A DNA stretch of 64,000 nucleotides. Origin: Octopus sinensis. Lineage: Eukaryota. Under the pieces are notes generated by a model. The model was not told the DNA's origin, ran no database searches, and saw only the letters and a program-made list of their open reading frames with translations. How positions within the stretch are numbered: the first letter of the stretch is position 1; the number at the start of each line of letters is the position of its first letter. Below are positions 13,936 through 26,544 of the stretch, in pieces. The stretch is from positions 24,428,001-24,492,000 of the forward strand of contig NC_043010.1 in assembly GCF_006345805.1 (NCBI RefSeq). The letters run 5' to 3'. The position numbers and the translations under genes were made by a program.

Positions 13936-13966
13936 ATATATATATATATATAATGTGTGTGTGTGT

Positions 13967-14046
<80 letters not shown>

Positions 14047-14314
14047 CACACACACATCATACGTGCATATATTTTTTTTCCGAATTTGTGTAAATGTGTA
14101 TAGAATAATATAAAGTTAAAACATGCTCTGGTTTTCATTTTTTTATTATTGTGTTTCCCCAAAAAATGTTCTTTTTAAATATGTGTTAAACATTAAAAAA
14201 ATTATTTAGCACTGTTCATAAAGTTCAATTGGCACTTTCACACGTATACATACATACATACATACATACATACATACATACAATACATACATACATACAT
14301 ACATACATACATAC

Positions 14315-14480
14315 ATGTATTCGAGAGGCTTCTTTCAGTTTCCGGCGACGAAATCTGCTCCACAAAATTTTGGTCTGTCGGACGCTGTAGTACAAGACAC
14401 CTGTCCAAGGTGAGATGCAAATCCACAGGATGGGATTTGAACTTAAATCCACAGGATGCGAAGCGTACAGGCATTCTGGT
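14315..14480 (-). mobile_element. SINE family B, 5' fragment, decayed
   Basis: ggcttctttcagtttcc...agacacctgtccaaggtg matches the reverse complement of the family B core. Confidence 0.65.
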
Positions 14481-14647
14481 ATTGAATACAACGAAACAAA
14501 AATTACTTAAAGTACATATCGCTATTGTTAGGTATTTGAGGGGGACGTGAAGTTTTGCTTTGACTCTATGCTTCGACTTCCATTGCAAAGGTTCTCTTTT
14601 GGAAGAGGCTTTAGTTTCTCACTCCCTCTGTTTCTGTCTTTCTTTTT

Positions 14648-14683
<36 letters not shown>

Positions 14684-14833
14684 TCACTCTTTCACATCCT
14701 GGCAAAGCAACTAAACAAACGTTATAATAGTAAGTAGTCTAGTCTGTCCAATGTTATCTAAATCAACTATTGATACAGGCAGTTCACTAAAGTGTTGATC
14801 GATGTTACAGACTCATAAATATGTGTGTATGTA

Positions 14834-14873
<40 letters not shown>

Positions 14874-14962
14874 TTGGCGTGTGTGTCTGTGAGAGAGAGA
14901 GGGAGAGAGACAGTAGGTGGGTGTATATATTTATATAGGTAGTTAGCTAGGTAGATAGATGA

Positions 14963-15012
<50 letters not shown>

Positions 15013-15075
15013 TCACACACAGAAACAGAGAGAGCGAGTAAGAGATGCACCTATGTGCATATATATATATATATA

Positions 15076-15132
<57 letters not shown>

Positions 15133-16634
15133 ATACATATATATATATATTATATATACATACATATATATACCTACATATATATATACATACACATATA
15201 TGTATATATACCTAGCTTGCTAACTATATAAATACATCTGTCTATATATATATTAGATATTCACATACACATACATGCACTGACACACACGAAACACACA
15301 CACGCACACTGATATATATAATGTATACATACTATCTCTCTATCTAGCTCTCGGTCTCTCTCTCTCTCCTCTCCTTTCTCTCTCTCTCTCTCTCTCTATA
15401 TTATATATTATATAGATATATATATATATATATATATAAACAACACACTCATACACACACAAGGAAAGATTTACTAGCTGAAGTTCTTAACGAAAGCTTC
15501 TTAAGTTATCGAACGGTTTGTTCAAGCTGTTGATGGAATTAGATTTCAACGTTTAATTTCCATCATATTTACGGCATGGCTTCTCTCATTGTCCATCAAT
15601 AATACTTTTATAAGATCCGAAATCACTGATACCCTGATAGACAGAGAAATTACAAAAGTCACGAGGCCATCTTATACGTAAGACAACTTAAATTACTATA
15701 TTAGCTGACGTATTTATCATCTCTGTTTATCTATCTCTGACTCTTGATCTCAGTAACTCTACTTCATTTCGACTCGTCCTTTACTCATTCCAGGATATAT
15801 ATTCATATATATACTCCTAGCTCTCTTTGCGACATCATGTACTCCCGATTCCTTAGATTTATCATGTAAATGCTTATCGTCTGCTCAATCTCACAATTTA
15901 TGTCTTCTGTACACTAACTACTCCATTGTGGGACCGTAATGTTTTTTTGATTTTTGCTTCACTTCAAGAAAACTTTCTGGAGATGTATGATGTCTATTTA
16001 TTTGCTTGTCGCTATATATTTATAAAATGACACAAACAGAATAAAGATCGTTTTTTTTTTTTTTTTTTTTTTTTTTCAAGAAACATAAATCTGATATGAA
16101 TCGATTTTTAAAACCGCTCATCTTTATCTTCTGCATTTTAAACATTTCGAAGAATGCAAAGCTTGCAAAGTATGTGTCAGAATCCACAGCTTGATGCATT
16201 TGTATACGACAGAACCGAAACGAAATATCTTCTGTAGAATTAATCTCGGATATGCAAGCCTCCAGTGGAAATACCTTAACTTACTCGGTCATTTTTTTCC
16301 CAGTCGGTGAAGTCATAAAGTTTTAAAATATACCAGACGTCATAGAGCCGTCGATAATAAATAACAGAGCGAACAGAGATAACAAAACCTTTTATTGAAA
16401 TAATGTAATAAAAAGATCAAAGATCGTTGCAAGAGAAGATGAAATTAATGATTTTATTCAGAAAAGTTTAGAGAAAGAATTTATTTATTAATTTTATTCA
16501 TTTATTTATTTATTTATTTGGACGAGGAGGGAGTGGATATAATAATAAATAAATTTTATGCAATGAAGATGAAAGGAAAATATAAAAAAGAAGAGTATAA
16601 GTTGCCAAAGCCAAGATGGAAATTTTATAATAAA

Positions 16635-16688
<54 letters not shown>

Positions 16689-16981
16689 GGTGATAATGAT
16701 AAACACTTCAAAATAGATTTAGAGATCTAAAAAAGTCAAATAATAATAATAATAATAATAACAACAACAACAACAATAATTTGTCTGGATTTTATTTCTC
16801 ATTGCATTTTTCGTCTTTATTCTTTTCTCTTTCTTCTTACAAATATTATTATAGTTGTAGATTTTATTGTTTTGTTGACGAATTTGTTGATATTTTTACA
16901 TTTTTTTGCATTCTTTTGATATGTTTTTTTGTTAATGATGTTGTTATTGTCGCTGTTTGGTTTTGATTTCCCTCATCATCA

Positions 16982-17054
<73 letters not shown>

Positions 17055-17449
17055 TTATCACTATTACTATTATGTCGCGTCTTCGTTATGGTAGTTATAT
17101 ACTTTTTACATTTATATTATTTGTTTGCCTTAATGTTAATTTTTATTATCTCCCTTTGTTGTTGTTGCATTTTATTGTTTGTAAGTTCGTTTCGTGAAGA
17201 CTTCAAAACTTCATAATTACTGTAGAAAATATTTGTGAAACATTACGGTGCATCGATAGGGATCTGTTCATGAGTGGGTGTTGGGATGTCTAAAGATATA
17301 TATATACGTGTGTTTGTAGTTTGTAGTGTATATATGTATATATACATGCGTATATATATATATATTAATATATAATATTATATAATATATATATCTATAT
17401 ATATATGTGTGTGTGTGGTGTGTGTATATATATATATATACGTATATAT

Positions 17450-17498
<49 letters not shown>

Positions 17499-17570
17499 CA
17501 TATAAATATGTGTATATATATAATCTTTGTATACATATACATATATATGACTGCCTGTTTATTATTGTTA

Positions 17571-17631
<61 letters not shown>

Positions 17632-17711
17632 CATCATCATTATTATTACATAAATCTTGATATATTGATGCGTACGTGTATATATATATATACATAGATA
17701 TACTAGATGTA

Positions 17712-17758
<47 letters not shown>

Positions 17759-18084
17759 GTACACACACTCGCACACATACATATATAAAGCGATACACAG
17801 CAATAATGTGTGTGCGTGTGTGTGTGAGTGTGTGCATGCGAGCAAATATGTGTTTTTTATTTATGTGTATGGCATATTCAATATCCATCCATATAAATAT
17901 GTCTGCAACGATATTTCTATCGTATATGCTTGTATATGTTTGCAGTGTTGCAGTGTGTCTGTGTGTGGTTGTGCGAATTTCAAATTATTCAAAAGTTTCC
18001 AATGACAGTATAAATCTAGACACTTCTGCGCATGACTCTATTGTCCACCATGGCCATTGTTCCAGTGAGATAATTTCTACTGCC

Positions 18085-18094
18085 AGATCTTTTC

Positions 18095-18143
<49 letters not shown>

Positions 18144-18348
18144 ACTGTCCATGTCTCTCTCCATTTCCACCCTGTTCTTTTCTTTCGTTTTCTTTCTCCC
18201 TTCATCTTTGCTTTTCTCTCTTTCTCTTTCAACTATCTGTTCTCTCCCACCATCTTTCTCCCGCCTCCTCACTCCCTCCCCACTTTCTCCAGAGTGTCTT
18301 TCTTGCATTCCCCTCTCTTTCACTCCCAGTCTCTCTCTCCCTCTCTCC

Positions 18349-18389
<41 letters not shown>

Positions 18390-18784
18390 TGTATCTATCC
18401 ATCTATCTAAGCTTTCTTATTTCTTACCCAACTCTTTCTTTTCCTTTCATCTACCCGTCTCTCACTTTCCCTCCCTCTTTTCACTTTCACCCTCTTTCTC
18501 ATCCTCTATCAGATTTCTCTCTTCCATATCTATCTCTCTCTTTTCGTTCATTCGTCCATGCCTCTCACTTCCTTTCTCTCTCCCCCTCACTTTCACACTC
18601 TCTCCGTCTTGATTTTCTTTCTTCCAATTCTCTCTTTGTATTTCTTCCTCTTTCCCTCCCTCTCTATTTCTCTCGCTGTCTCTCTCTCTCTCTCTGTTTT
18701 CTTTCACCTTTACCCCTTCTTCCTCTTTTCTTTCACACACTTTACTCTAACTCAATCTTCTCTCTCTCTCTTTTTCTCTTTCCT

Positions 18785-18818
<34 letters not shown>

Positions 18819-18900
18819 ACTATTTTATCCCGTCTCTATCCCTATCTCTCCCCCTCTCCCATCTCTCTTTGTATCACTCTCTTCTTTCTCTCATTCTCTA
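18085..18900. repeat. ~800 bp polypyrimidine (CT-rich) low-complexity tract
   Basis: The plus strand is almost exclusively C/T with (CT)n runs. Confidence 0.9.
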
Positions 18901-18961
18901 GTCATCCATTCCTCAACATCTCCTTTTCCACTCATAAAAACATAATAAATTAAACAAACAA

Positions 18962-19017
<56 letters not shown>

Positions 19018-19489
19018 TATATATAATGTGTGGGTGTGTGTGTGTGTGTCACTTTTACACACACAAACAACAATTCTATCAAAATGTTATTTCAAGGAGT
19101 TATTTCTAACATTTACATTATTATCAACTTTCGTTTCTATTCTTGCTAGAAATGGTTATGTTATATGTTAGAAATGGTTATATTTCGAAGTTTTTTGTCA
19201 ATTCCACATCCTCAGTTTTTGTATGTTTGTTTTCATTGTACCGCTTATTCTATATTTCTGAATATTTTTAACATGCCTTTTGTATCAAATATTGTTTCTG
19301 TTGTTGTTGTTGTTGTTGTTATCATTGAGTGAGAAAGCAGCGCATGCCATCAAAGTGACGTTAGAGCAGAAATATACGATGCCCAATATGCCCATCATGA
19401 CTACCCGTCTGATAAATGTACACCAGGCACATTGCATCACAACCATATGTGCGCGACATGGTGACTTCATATCGCTAAACGGCGCTATC

Positions 19490-19490
19490 A

Positions 19491-19536
<46 letters not shown>

Positions 19537-19606
19537 GCTACTACTACTACTATTACTACTACTACTATTACTACTACTACTACAACAACTACTACAACTA
19601 CTACTT

Positions 19607-19659
<53 letters not shown>

Positions 19660-19695
19660 GCTACTACTGCTACTACCACTACTACAACTACTATT
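19490..19695. repeat. (CTA)n trinucleotide tract
   Basis: Direct reading. Confidence 0.95.
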
Positions 19696-19699
19696 GAAA

Positions 19700-19835
19700 A
19701 GGCAAGGTGGCAGAACTGATAGCATTTTGAACAAAATATTTAGCGGCATTTCTTTCGGTTCTTCACCTTCTGGGTTCAAATTCTGCCGAAGCTGACTTTA
19801 CCTTTCATCCTTTCTGGATCGACAAAATAAGGTAG
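19700..19835 (+). mobile_element. SINE family C fragment
   Basis: ttagcggcatttc...gggttcaaattctgccgaagctgactttacctttcatcctttctggatcgacaaaataagg. Confidence 0.7.
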
Positions 19836-19841
19836 CAGCTG

Positions 19842-19902
<61 letters not shown>

Positions 19903-19918
19903 ATTATATATCTGGCCA

Positions 19919-19979
19919 GATAACCGAAGAGATGGTGTTGTGGATTTTCACCTCGGCATCCGAAACTCAGAGTTTTATC
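19919..19979 (+). ncRNA. Hammerhead-like motif, U4C core, in a short pLTR fragment (19905-20012)
   Basis: gataa CCGAAGA gatg(gtgtt gtgga tttt cac ctcgg)catc c GAAA ctcagag TT ttatc. Stem I 5 bp, GUU triplet; near-identical to 35825-35885. Confidence 0.6.
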
Positions 19980-20034
19980 TTGGCTATTGAATAATTGTGA
20001 CATATTATTTTACATATATATATATATATAAATG

Positions 20035-20240
20035 TGACCGCGTGTGTACCGTTGGCGATTTTTTCCTCCGTCTTCCCTCCTTTGGATCTTTCCTTTTCCT
20101 ATGTTTCTGACGAAGAGCTCCGCTCGAAACGTTAAACCCTCCTTCTTTCCTTCTTTCCTGAGCGTCCAATAATACTATACTTGTTCCACGTCCTCGCGTT
20201 GTTGTGTTTTCTCTTTGTGTTTTCATGTTTGGATTAACTG
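20035..20240 (+). mobile_element. Solo PLE pLTR fragment carrying a hammerhead
   Basis: Same family as 4245-4400 and 1431-1495; lies between (TA)n tracts. Confidence 0.75.
20103..20137 (+). ncRNA. Minimal type-I hammerhead ribozyme
   Basis: gttt CTGACGA a gagc tcc gctc GAAA cg TT aaac. Intact core, 4-bp stems I and II, palindromic AACGTT stem III. Confidence 0.8.
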
Positions 20241-20264
20241 TGTGTATATATATATATACATATA

Positions 20265-20410
20265 GTCAGTTCCACGAACAAACAATTCAAGAAGCGAAAA
20301 GAAAAGTGAAAGGTGAGAATTTTTCACGTTTCGAGCATGGCTCTTCATCGGAAAAGAGAAAGCGAAAAGTCCAAAGAAGAAGGAGGAAAATAACCAGCGG
20401 CCCACGTTTG
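20265..20410 (-). mobile_element. Solo pLTR fragment with HHR-like motif (CCGA core) at 20321-20354
   Basis: Minus: tttt CCGATGA a gagc cat gctc GAAA cg TG aaaa (GUG triplet, probably inactive). Homologous to 9300-9500. Confidence 0.6.
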
Positions 20411-21084
20411 GTTACATTTCTGAAGTCAATATACATCTATGTATTTGTTTAGCAAGGTTCCTAAAGTGAAACTGATGCTGCTATATTTCGGGATGGTCGT
20501 TTTCTTTTTCTCTTCTTTTTCTCTGAACTAATCCAAAAACATTTGCTCCTCCAGTTTAAGAATCGTTGAACAAGACATACTCTCATTTATACGAAAGCGA
20601 GCCAAGCTAAAATTAAATTAATTCCAATTTCTATTGTGGAACAATCATTTTTTTTTTTTGTCTGACTCAGAAGGTTCGCATTGCTCGTCACTGAAAAGAC
20701 TAAATCAGGTCAAAACAGCGGCGTTCTCAGCGAAACACCATGTTTTTTAACGCAAATAATCTCTTCAAGAGGTTTCTCAGAGGCAATATATTACAGCTAG
20801 TGTTATTCCACGTTTGTATGTATACTTTGTTACACTCCAGTAATTCAACCCTAGTCCATTTCAAGTGCATATATTAATTTAATTGTAGCTTTGCTAGCTA
20901 TGGCAAACATCTCTAAAGTCTTACTTGCTGATTTTTATAATAGAGCAAGCATTACTGATTTAACCCAAAACGACTGGTGTATTCAAATAGGATAGAAACA
21001 CCGCTCATAATAAAGAAACGAGGTCCGTCACGTTTATATACGGCTGTGTGTGTGAGTATGCGCGCGCAAGGATGCGTGTGTGAA

Positions 21085-21334
21085 GGAACGAGGCTTAGTG
21101 ATGAGAATTTTGTACTCAACATTGCTAGATTGTGGGTTCGATTCCCCGACAGGGCAGCGCGTTATGTTCTTGAGAAAAAACTTCATTTTATGTTGCCCCT
21201 AAACCCCCTTTCGATCGGGGAGGGGTGTTGCCCTGCTCGCCTAGGCGGCTGAGTGGTGTCTTTTGAAGACTAAAACAATGCAAAAAGTACATTGTGACCA
21301 CCGACGTGTAACAACATCTGTTAGCCTGGTCGGT

Positions 21335-21343
<9 letters not shown>
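21085..21343 (+). mobile_element. SINE (family D), decayed
   Basis: gggttcgattccc B-box-like motif; tail aatgcaaa.agtacattgtgacca..gacgtgtaacaacatctgttagcctggtcggtcacgtgat is also found inverted at 50718-50835. Confidence 0.6.
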
Positions 21344-21384
<41 letters not shown>

Positions 21385-21410
21385 ATATATATATACATAT
21401 ATATATGCAC

Positions 21411-21442
<32 letters not shown>

Positions 21443-21446
21443 CTAT

Positions 21447-21609
21447 ATACCACGGACTTCTTTCAGTTTCCGTCTATCACTCATTCACAAGGCTTTGATT
21501 GGCCTGAGGCTATAGTAGAAAACATTTGCCCAAGGTGCCACCCAGTGGGACTGAACCCGGAACCACATGGATGGAAGCTAGCTTCTTACCACACAACCAC
21601 GCTTGCACC
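21447..21609 (-). mobile_element. SINE family B, 5' half
   Basis: Reverse complement of ggtgcaagcgtggttgtgtggtaagaagctagc...ggttcagtcccactgggtggcaccttgggcaaatg. Confidence 0.8.
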
Positions 21610-21616
21610 TTTATCG

Positions 21617-21732
<116 letters not shown>

Positions 21733-21834
21733 TATAAAAGTATATATATATGTATGTGTATATATATATATATATATGTAAATAGTAATGCAATACGAGA
21801 GTATATATATATGTAAATGTATGTATATATGTAT

Positions 21835-21870
<36 letters not shown>

Positions 21871-21895
21871 ATATATGTATATGTATATATATATA

Positions 21896-21936
<41 letters not shown>

Positions 21937-22717
21937 TGTATGTGTGTGTGTTGGTGGGTGTGTATTGACACAGAAAACATACCACTTTCCGTCTTTTTTT
22001 CTTTTCCTCTTCTAAGCTTCCTATTTGATGTTCACTCTGCATCCAATAGCATTCCACTCCCTCACGTCTGACACGCCCAGACCCCTGTTCGCTTTTTCCA
22101 GCACCACTCACATCTGAAATTCTTCAGTTCTGGACACAGCGATCCTGTCTCTCCAAACGACTTTCCTATGATGTTGCCCGATCCGTGTCCCCGCCCCACG
22201 ATACAACCAACCACTTAACCTCCTCCATCCTACTTCCTCCCTTTCATCTTCGTCTTCTTCAGACTATTACGTACATTATTTGCTTTATTTTTTCTTTATT
22301 TATTTATTCATTTTTTTTTACCTCTTGTCGAAAATTCGTTACTACTTCAGAGAAGACAAACTTCTCATTCATCTTCCGCAACTCTCGACAATTCTGTGCT
22401 TCACACGATGTCCGCCACCACCACGACCACAACAACAACAGCAACAGCTCCTGCCATCACCACAATCATCATCATCTCCTTCTTTTTCTCCTTCTTCCTC
22501 TTCCTCTTCTTCTTTACCCACCTCTACTCCTCATTGTCATTATTTCCTTGATTCACTTCCTCTTCCTTCTCCCCCTCTTCCCATCATCATTTCCACCTTC
22601 ATTTCAAACTACCTCTTCAGTTACCTCTTTTAGCCATTTGTCTTCCATTCTGTCTTCCCACCAGCCTTCGTCTCACTATATGTATGTACATGTTTATATG
22701 CATATATAACGAAAAAC

Positions 22718-22882
<165 letters not shown>

Positions 22883-22887
22883 AAAAT

Positions 22888-25800
22888 TCACATCGATAAT
22901 GCTCTTCTCTGTACGTGTCACGTACCAGTTAAGACAATCTTCTGCATTTCCTGCATGGATGGTAAACTACGAATCATTCTTAATTTTCAGTTCTCTTTTT
23001 CCTCATTCCAACAGCTTGTACAGTCACTGCTACTGTAACCATCTTGAGATGCTACATCATTTTGACTTCGATTAGCAAATCTTTATATTTTATGAGCTTA
23101 TCAAATTCTTTTGCCGAGATATAATCGTCACATGGTATGCTCACGTCAATCAATAAACAGACTTTATTGTTTTGGTCTTTCACAACATCTGGTTTATTTG
23201 CTTTGATGGTCAGGTCTGTAGATACTGGAAAGTTCCAAAGAATCGTCACATTCTCTCACCCAGTTACAGCCTTAGGGTGATGCTTGTACTATTTGTCAGC
23301 AGTTTTGATTTTACAATGCCGACACATTATCCAATGTAGATATTGGCAAATTATGTCATGTCTTGATTTGTACTCTATAGGTGCTAATACCTTACATCCA
23401 GAGATTAAGCGGTCTACTGTTTCAATACAATCGTTACAGTATCGGCACTTTGGGTCTACACCATTTTTCATTGCGTCGGCTTGATAGTTCCGGGTCAATA
23501 AGCTCTGATCATGAGCAGCCAAGATAAGCCCTTCTCTCTCTGCCGTTAGTGCTCTACTCCATAGCCACTGATGGCTGTTCTTCTGCTCTACATCAGCTTG
23601 TTTGCTGCGGGCCATATATTTGCCATGCGGAGGTTTTTGTTCCTACCTATCGACCAATTGTTCAAACGATTTGCTTTGCGTTTGATTTCGCCTTCTTTGC
23701 AACTACAGTTGTCGTACATCCATCATGCTGCTCAACCTGGGTATTATGCATAAACTCTCTTGAAATATTTTACTCTCCTTCATAACAGAATGAAGCTTCT
23801 TACATCTTTCATGGTTTTCAACGAGCTTTAGCATCCAGTCGTTCGATGTTTCAATATATTTTGCCAGTCCAATTGTGGTGGTTCTGTAGATTTCAAATTG
23901 GACCAAGCTTCGACCTCCTTGAGCTCTGGGTAGGTAAAGACGTTCTGCGTCTGCCTTTGGGTGGTGCATCCTATTGCAAGTCAGTAGCTTACGGATTTTC
24001 CTGCTATTCTTCCTTATTTCGCTCATGTTCCAGTTCAATACATTGAAACTGTAAAAAACAACTGGAACTGCTAAGGAATTTATAGCTAACACCTTGTTAC
24101 GTGCATTTAACTCGGATTTTAGGACTGCTCGAACTTTCCTGTAACACATCCTTCATGATCTTCTCTTTCATCCTTGCATGTTGAATGCCAGAGCCCTCGT
24201 TCATTCCGGAGTATTTGTATGTTTGTTCCTACTCGAGTCCTTTTATGACTAAGTCAACAACCAACACCACGGAATGTGAGGTCTTCAATTTCCCTTTCTG
24301 GAAAGTGACCTTGGCACATTTATCAAGACCAAATTCCATCCCAATGTCATCACTGAATACTTTCACAGTACGTAGTAGTCCTTCAAGCTCGTCTTTGCCA
24401 TATTATTTTAAGTCATCCATATAAAATAGATGACTTGTTTTCTTGTCGTCCATTTTATACCCATACCCTGTTCTCTTAAGTTCACTTGTAAATGGTATTA
24501 GGGTCATGCAGAAAATTATAGGTAAAAGTGAGTCACCTTGGGAAATGCCGTAGTTGATATCAATATTTCTGTGGTCAGTACTCCATTAGAGTCATGGGGA
24601 GTTTGAAATCACAGGAGAAATGTTGAATATATCCAGTGATGCCAAAATCCATGAATGCAGTGTGCTGTTAAAGGCCCTTTTTATAATCAATCCGTGCGGA
24701 AATGAGATTTCTGTGTTTGTTATGACATTTCTCAAGAATCATACGACTGATTAAGAGTTGGTCTTTGTATCCATATGAGCCTCGTCGGCACCATTTTTTT
24801 CCAGTGGGAAAATATCGTTCTGTTCCATAAATTTGTATGTTTTCTCCGCGAGGATGGATGTTAAAATCTTATACGTGATAGACAGACATGTTATGGGCCG
24901 ATCGTTTTGGGGAAATTTGGTTTCATTATTCTTCGGGAATAGGTAAGTGATACCTCTTGCTAACCAATCAGGTGTTTTCGTAGGATCTCTCATAATTTCA
25001 TTGAATAGCTGGACTAACTTTTTGTGTACACATAGGAACGAGGCGAGCCAGAAATTTGGCACCTTATCATTACAAGAGATTTTCAATATGAACCTTCGTG
25101 AGTGTCATCTTAGGTCTGCTATTGTGATGTCTTCCCATGTTTGGTCTGGTAAGTTTTGGTACGATCCTTCTGTGTCTCTAATCCAGTCTGCATTTTCATT
25201 GTAAGTCTTTTCATTACTCCAGATATTTTTCCAGAATTTTCAACTTCTTCCATGGCAGGGGCTGGGGTTTTAACGGTTGCTTCCCTATTTCTTTGTAGAA
25301 TGTTTTCGCATTGACTGCGAACAGCTTATTTTGCTTATAAAATTTGTTTCTCTTCTCAAATCTTCGTATTCTTTGAGCTTTTTGTTGCAGTGTTTCTTTT
25401 GTTGAAAGCAGTTCTTCTCTTGGTGAGAATCTATATTTTATCTTCTTTCTTTCTTTTCTGGTTTTTACATCGTTTCCACAGATTAGATTATTCAGGATTG
25501 ATATTTCACTTCCCATTATTTTAATCTCTTTTTCAATTTTATTTTTCCAGTTTGGAATTCTTCTGAGGTTTTTATGTCTTTGTTTTTTCAGAGACTTGCA
25601 ACTGGTTTCAATTGTCATAGCAACTGCGTAAATAATTTCATTTAATTCCCTGAAATCTGTTTTAATTCTTGTATGATTTCTTTTGTTACAGAGTTTCCAA
25701 TTTTAATTTGTTTTCTATTTTGGATTGTATTTAAGAGTTTATGAAGTAGTTCTCTACCATGCTTATTGGCGTGTCTTATAACTGCAAGCCTAGTGAGGCT

Positions 25801-26480
25801 TTTCTGCTTCAGTTCTATCTTAGACTCTCTGTGTTCTTCAGTAAATGTGTAGTTTTCAAATATTGTTTCTTTATCACTTTAACTCCCTATCTTTATCAGG
25901 TTCATTAAAATTTATTTCTCCAGACGTTTGAGTGTTCTGGTCAGATGGCAGCCTTTCAATTGAGATTTGTGGAGAGTTGTTCCCTTCGCCTGGTTCTTCA
26001 TTTCCTTTGTCTTACATTTAGGTAATTTTCCATTGCGTGCTTGATCGCGGTTATTTCACTATCTGTGAGTCTTATTTCTGAAGATATCCCTCCGAATATT
26101 TTCTACATTGTTTTCGTCCAAATATAGTCTGCTGTCTTGATTTCGTGTTTTCCATATTTGATAAGAATTTGCGGTGTATTTCTCTTCAGATAACTTGCCT
26201 AACGCATAATAATAGGCGTTTAATTACTTCTGTATACTCTTATCAGGTCCATGTGATCCTCTATTTTATTTTTATGGGTGTGGTGGGGAACTTGGAGGTT
26301 TCGAGATGGAGCAATTCCCGTTCAAGTGACCATCCAGGTTCGTATTCAGAGAAGAGCCAGTGGTTCGACCCCAGAATCACTCTCTCCTGGGGGACGCGAT
26401 CGGACAAGCGATTTGGAATACTGTTGTAGGTTTCCTTTCTGTTTCGTAAGACATATTTGTGCTACATTAAAATTCTAAGT
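22888..26480 (-). mobile_element. Near full-length decayed R4/Dong-type RLE non-LTR retrotransposon
   Basis: RT motifs PDWLARGITYLFPK..RPITC (24751-25086), GDSL (~24525-24540) and HLFYMDDLK (~24405-24435). LKSELNARNKVLAINSLAVP..HHPKADAERLYLPR..GGR. Zn finger CRYC..ETVDRLISGC..RHD and RLE motif ILWNFPVSTD..ANKPDVV..LIDVSIP. Ends ..RRALSM* at 22888; many stops and frameshifts. Confidence 0.93.
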
Positions 26481-26544
26481 ATTGAGTCTTGTGTGGCAGA
26501 TGTAGAGACGATTCTTGTCTCTGCCACTATTGTCAACTCAGCTA

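Noticed and set aside
15470-15600. ctgaag..gaaa motif and REAM..LN-like peptide suggesting a PLE end
   Set aside because: No stem II can form and the peptide match is too short to support.
17707-18953. 301-aa and other S/L/F-rich ORFs
   Set aside because: They are products of a stop-poor polypyrimidine tract.
19285-19779. 164-aa ORF with poly-Ser and a hydrophobic C-terminus
   Set aside because: The start lies in an antisense SINE and the middle is (TAG)n; no recognisable homology.
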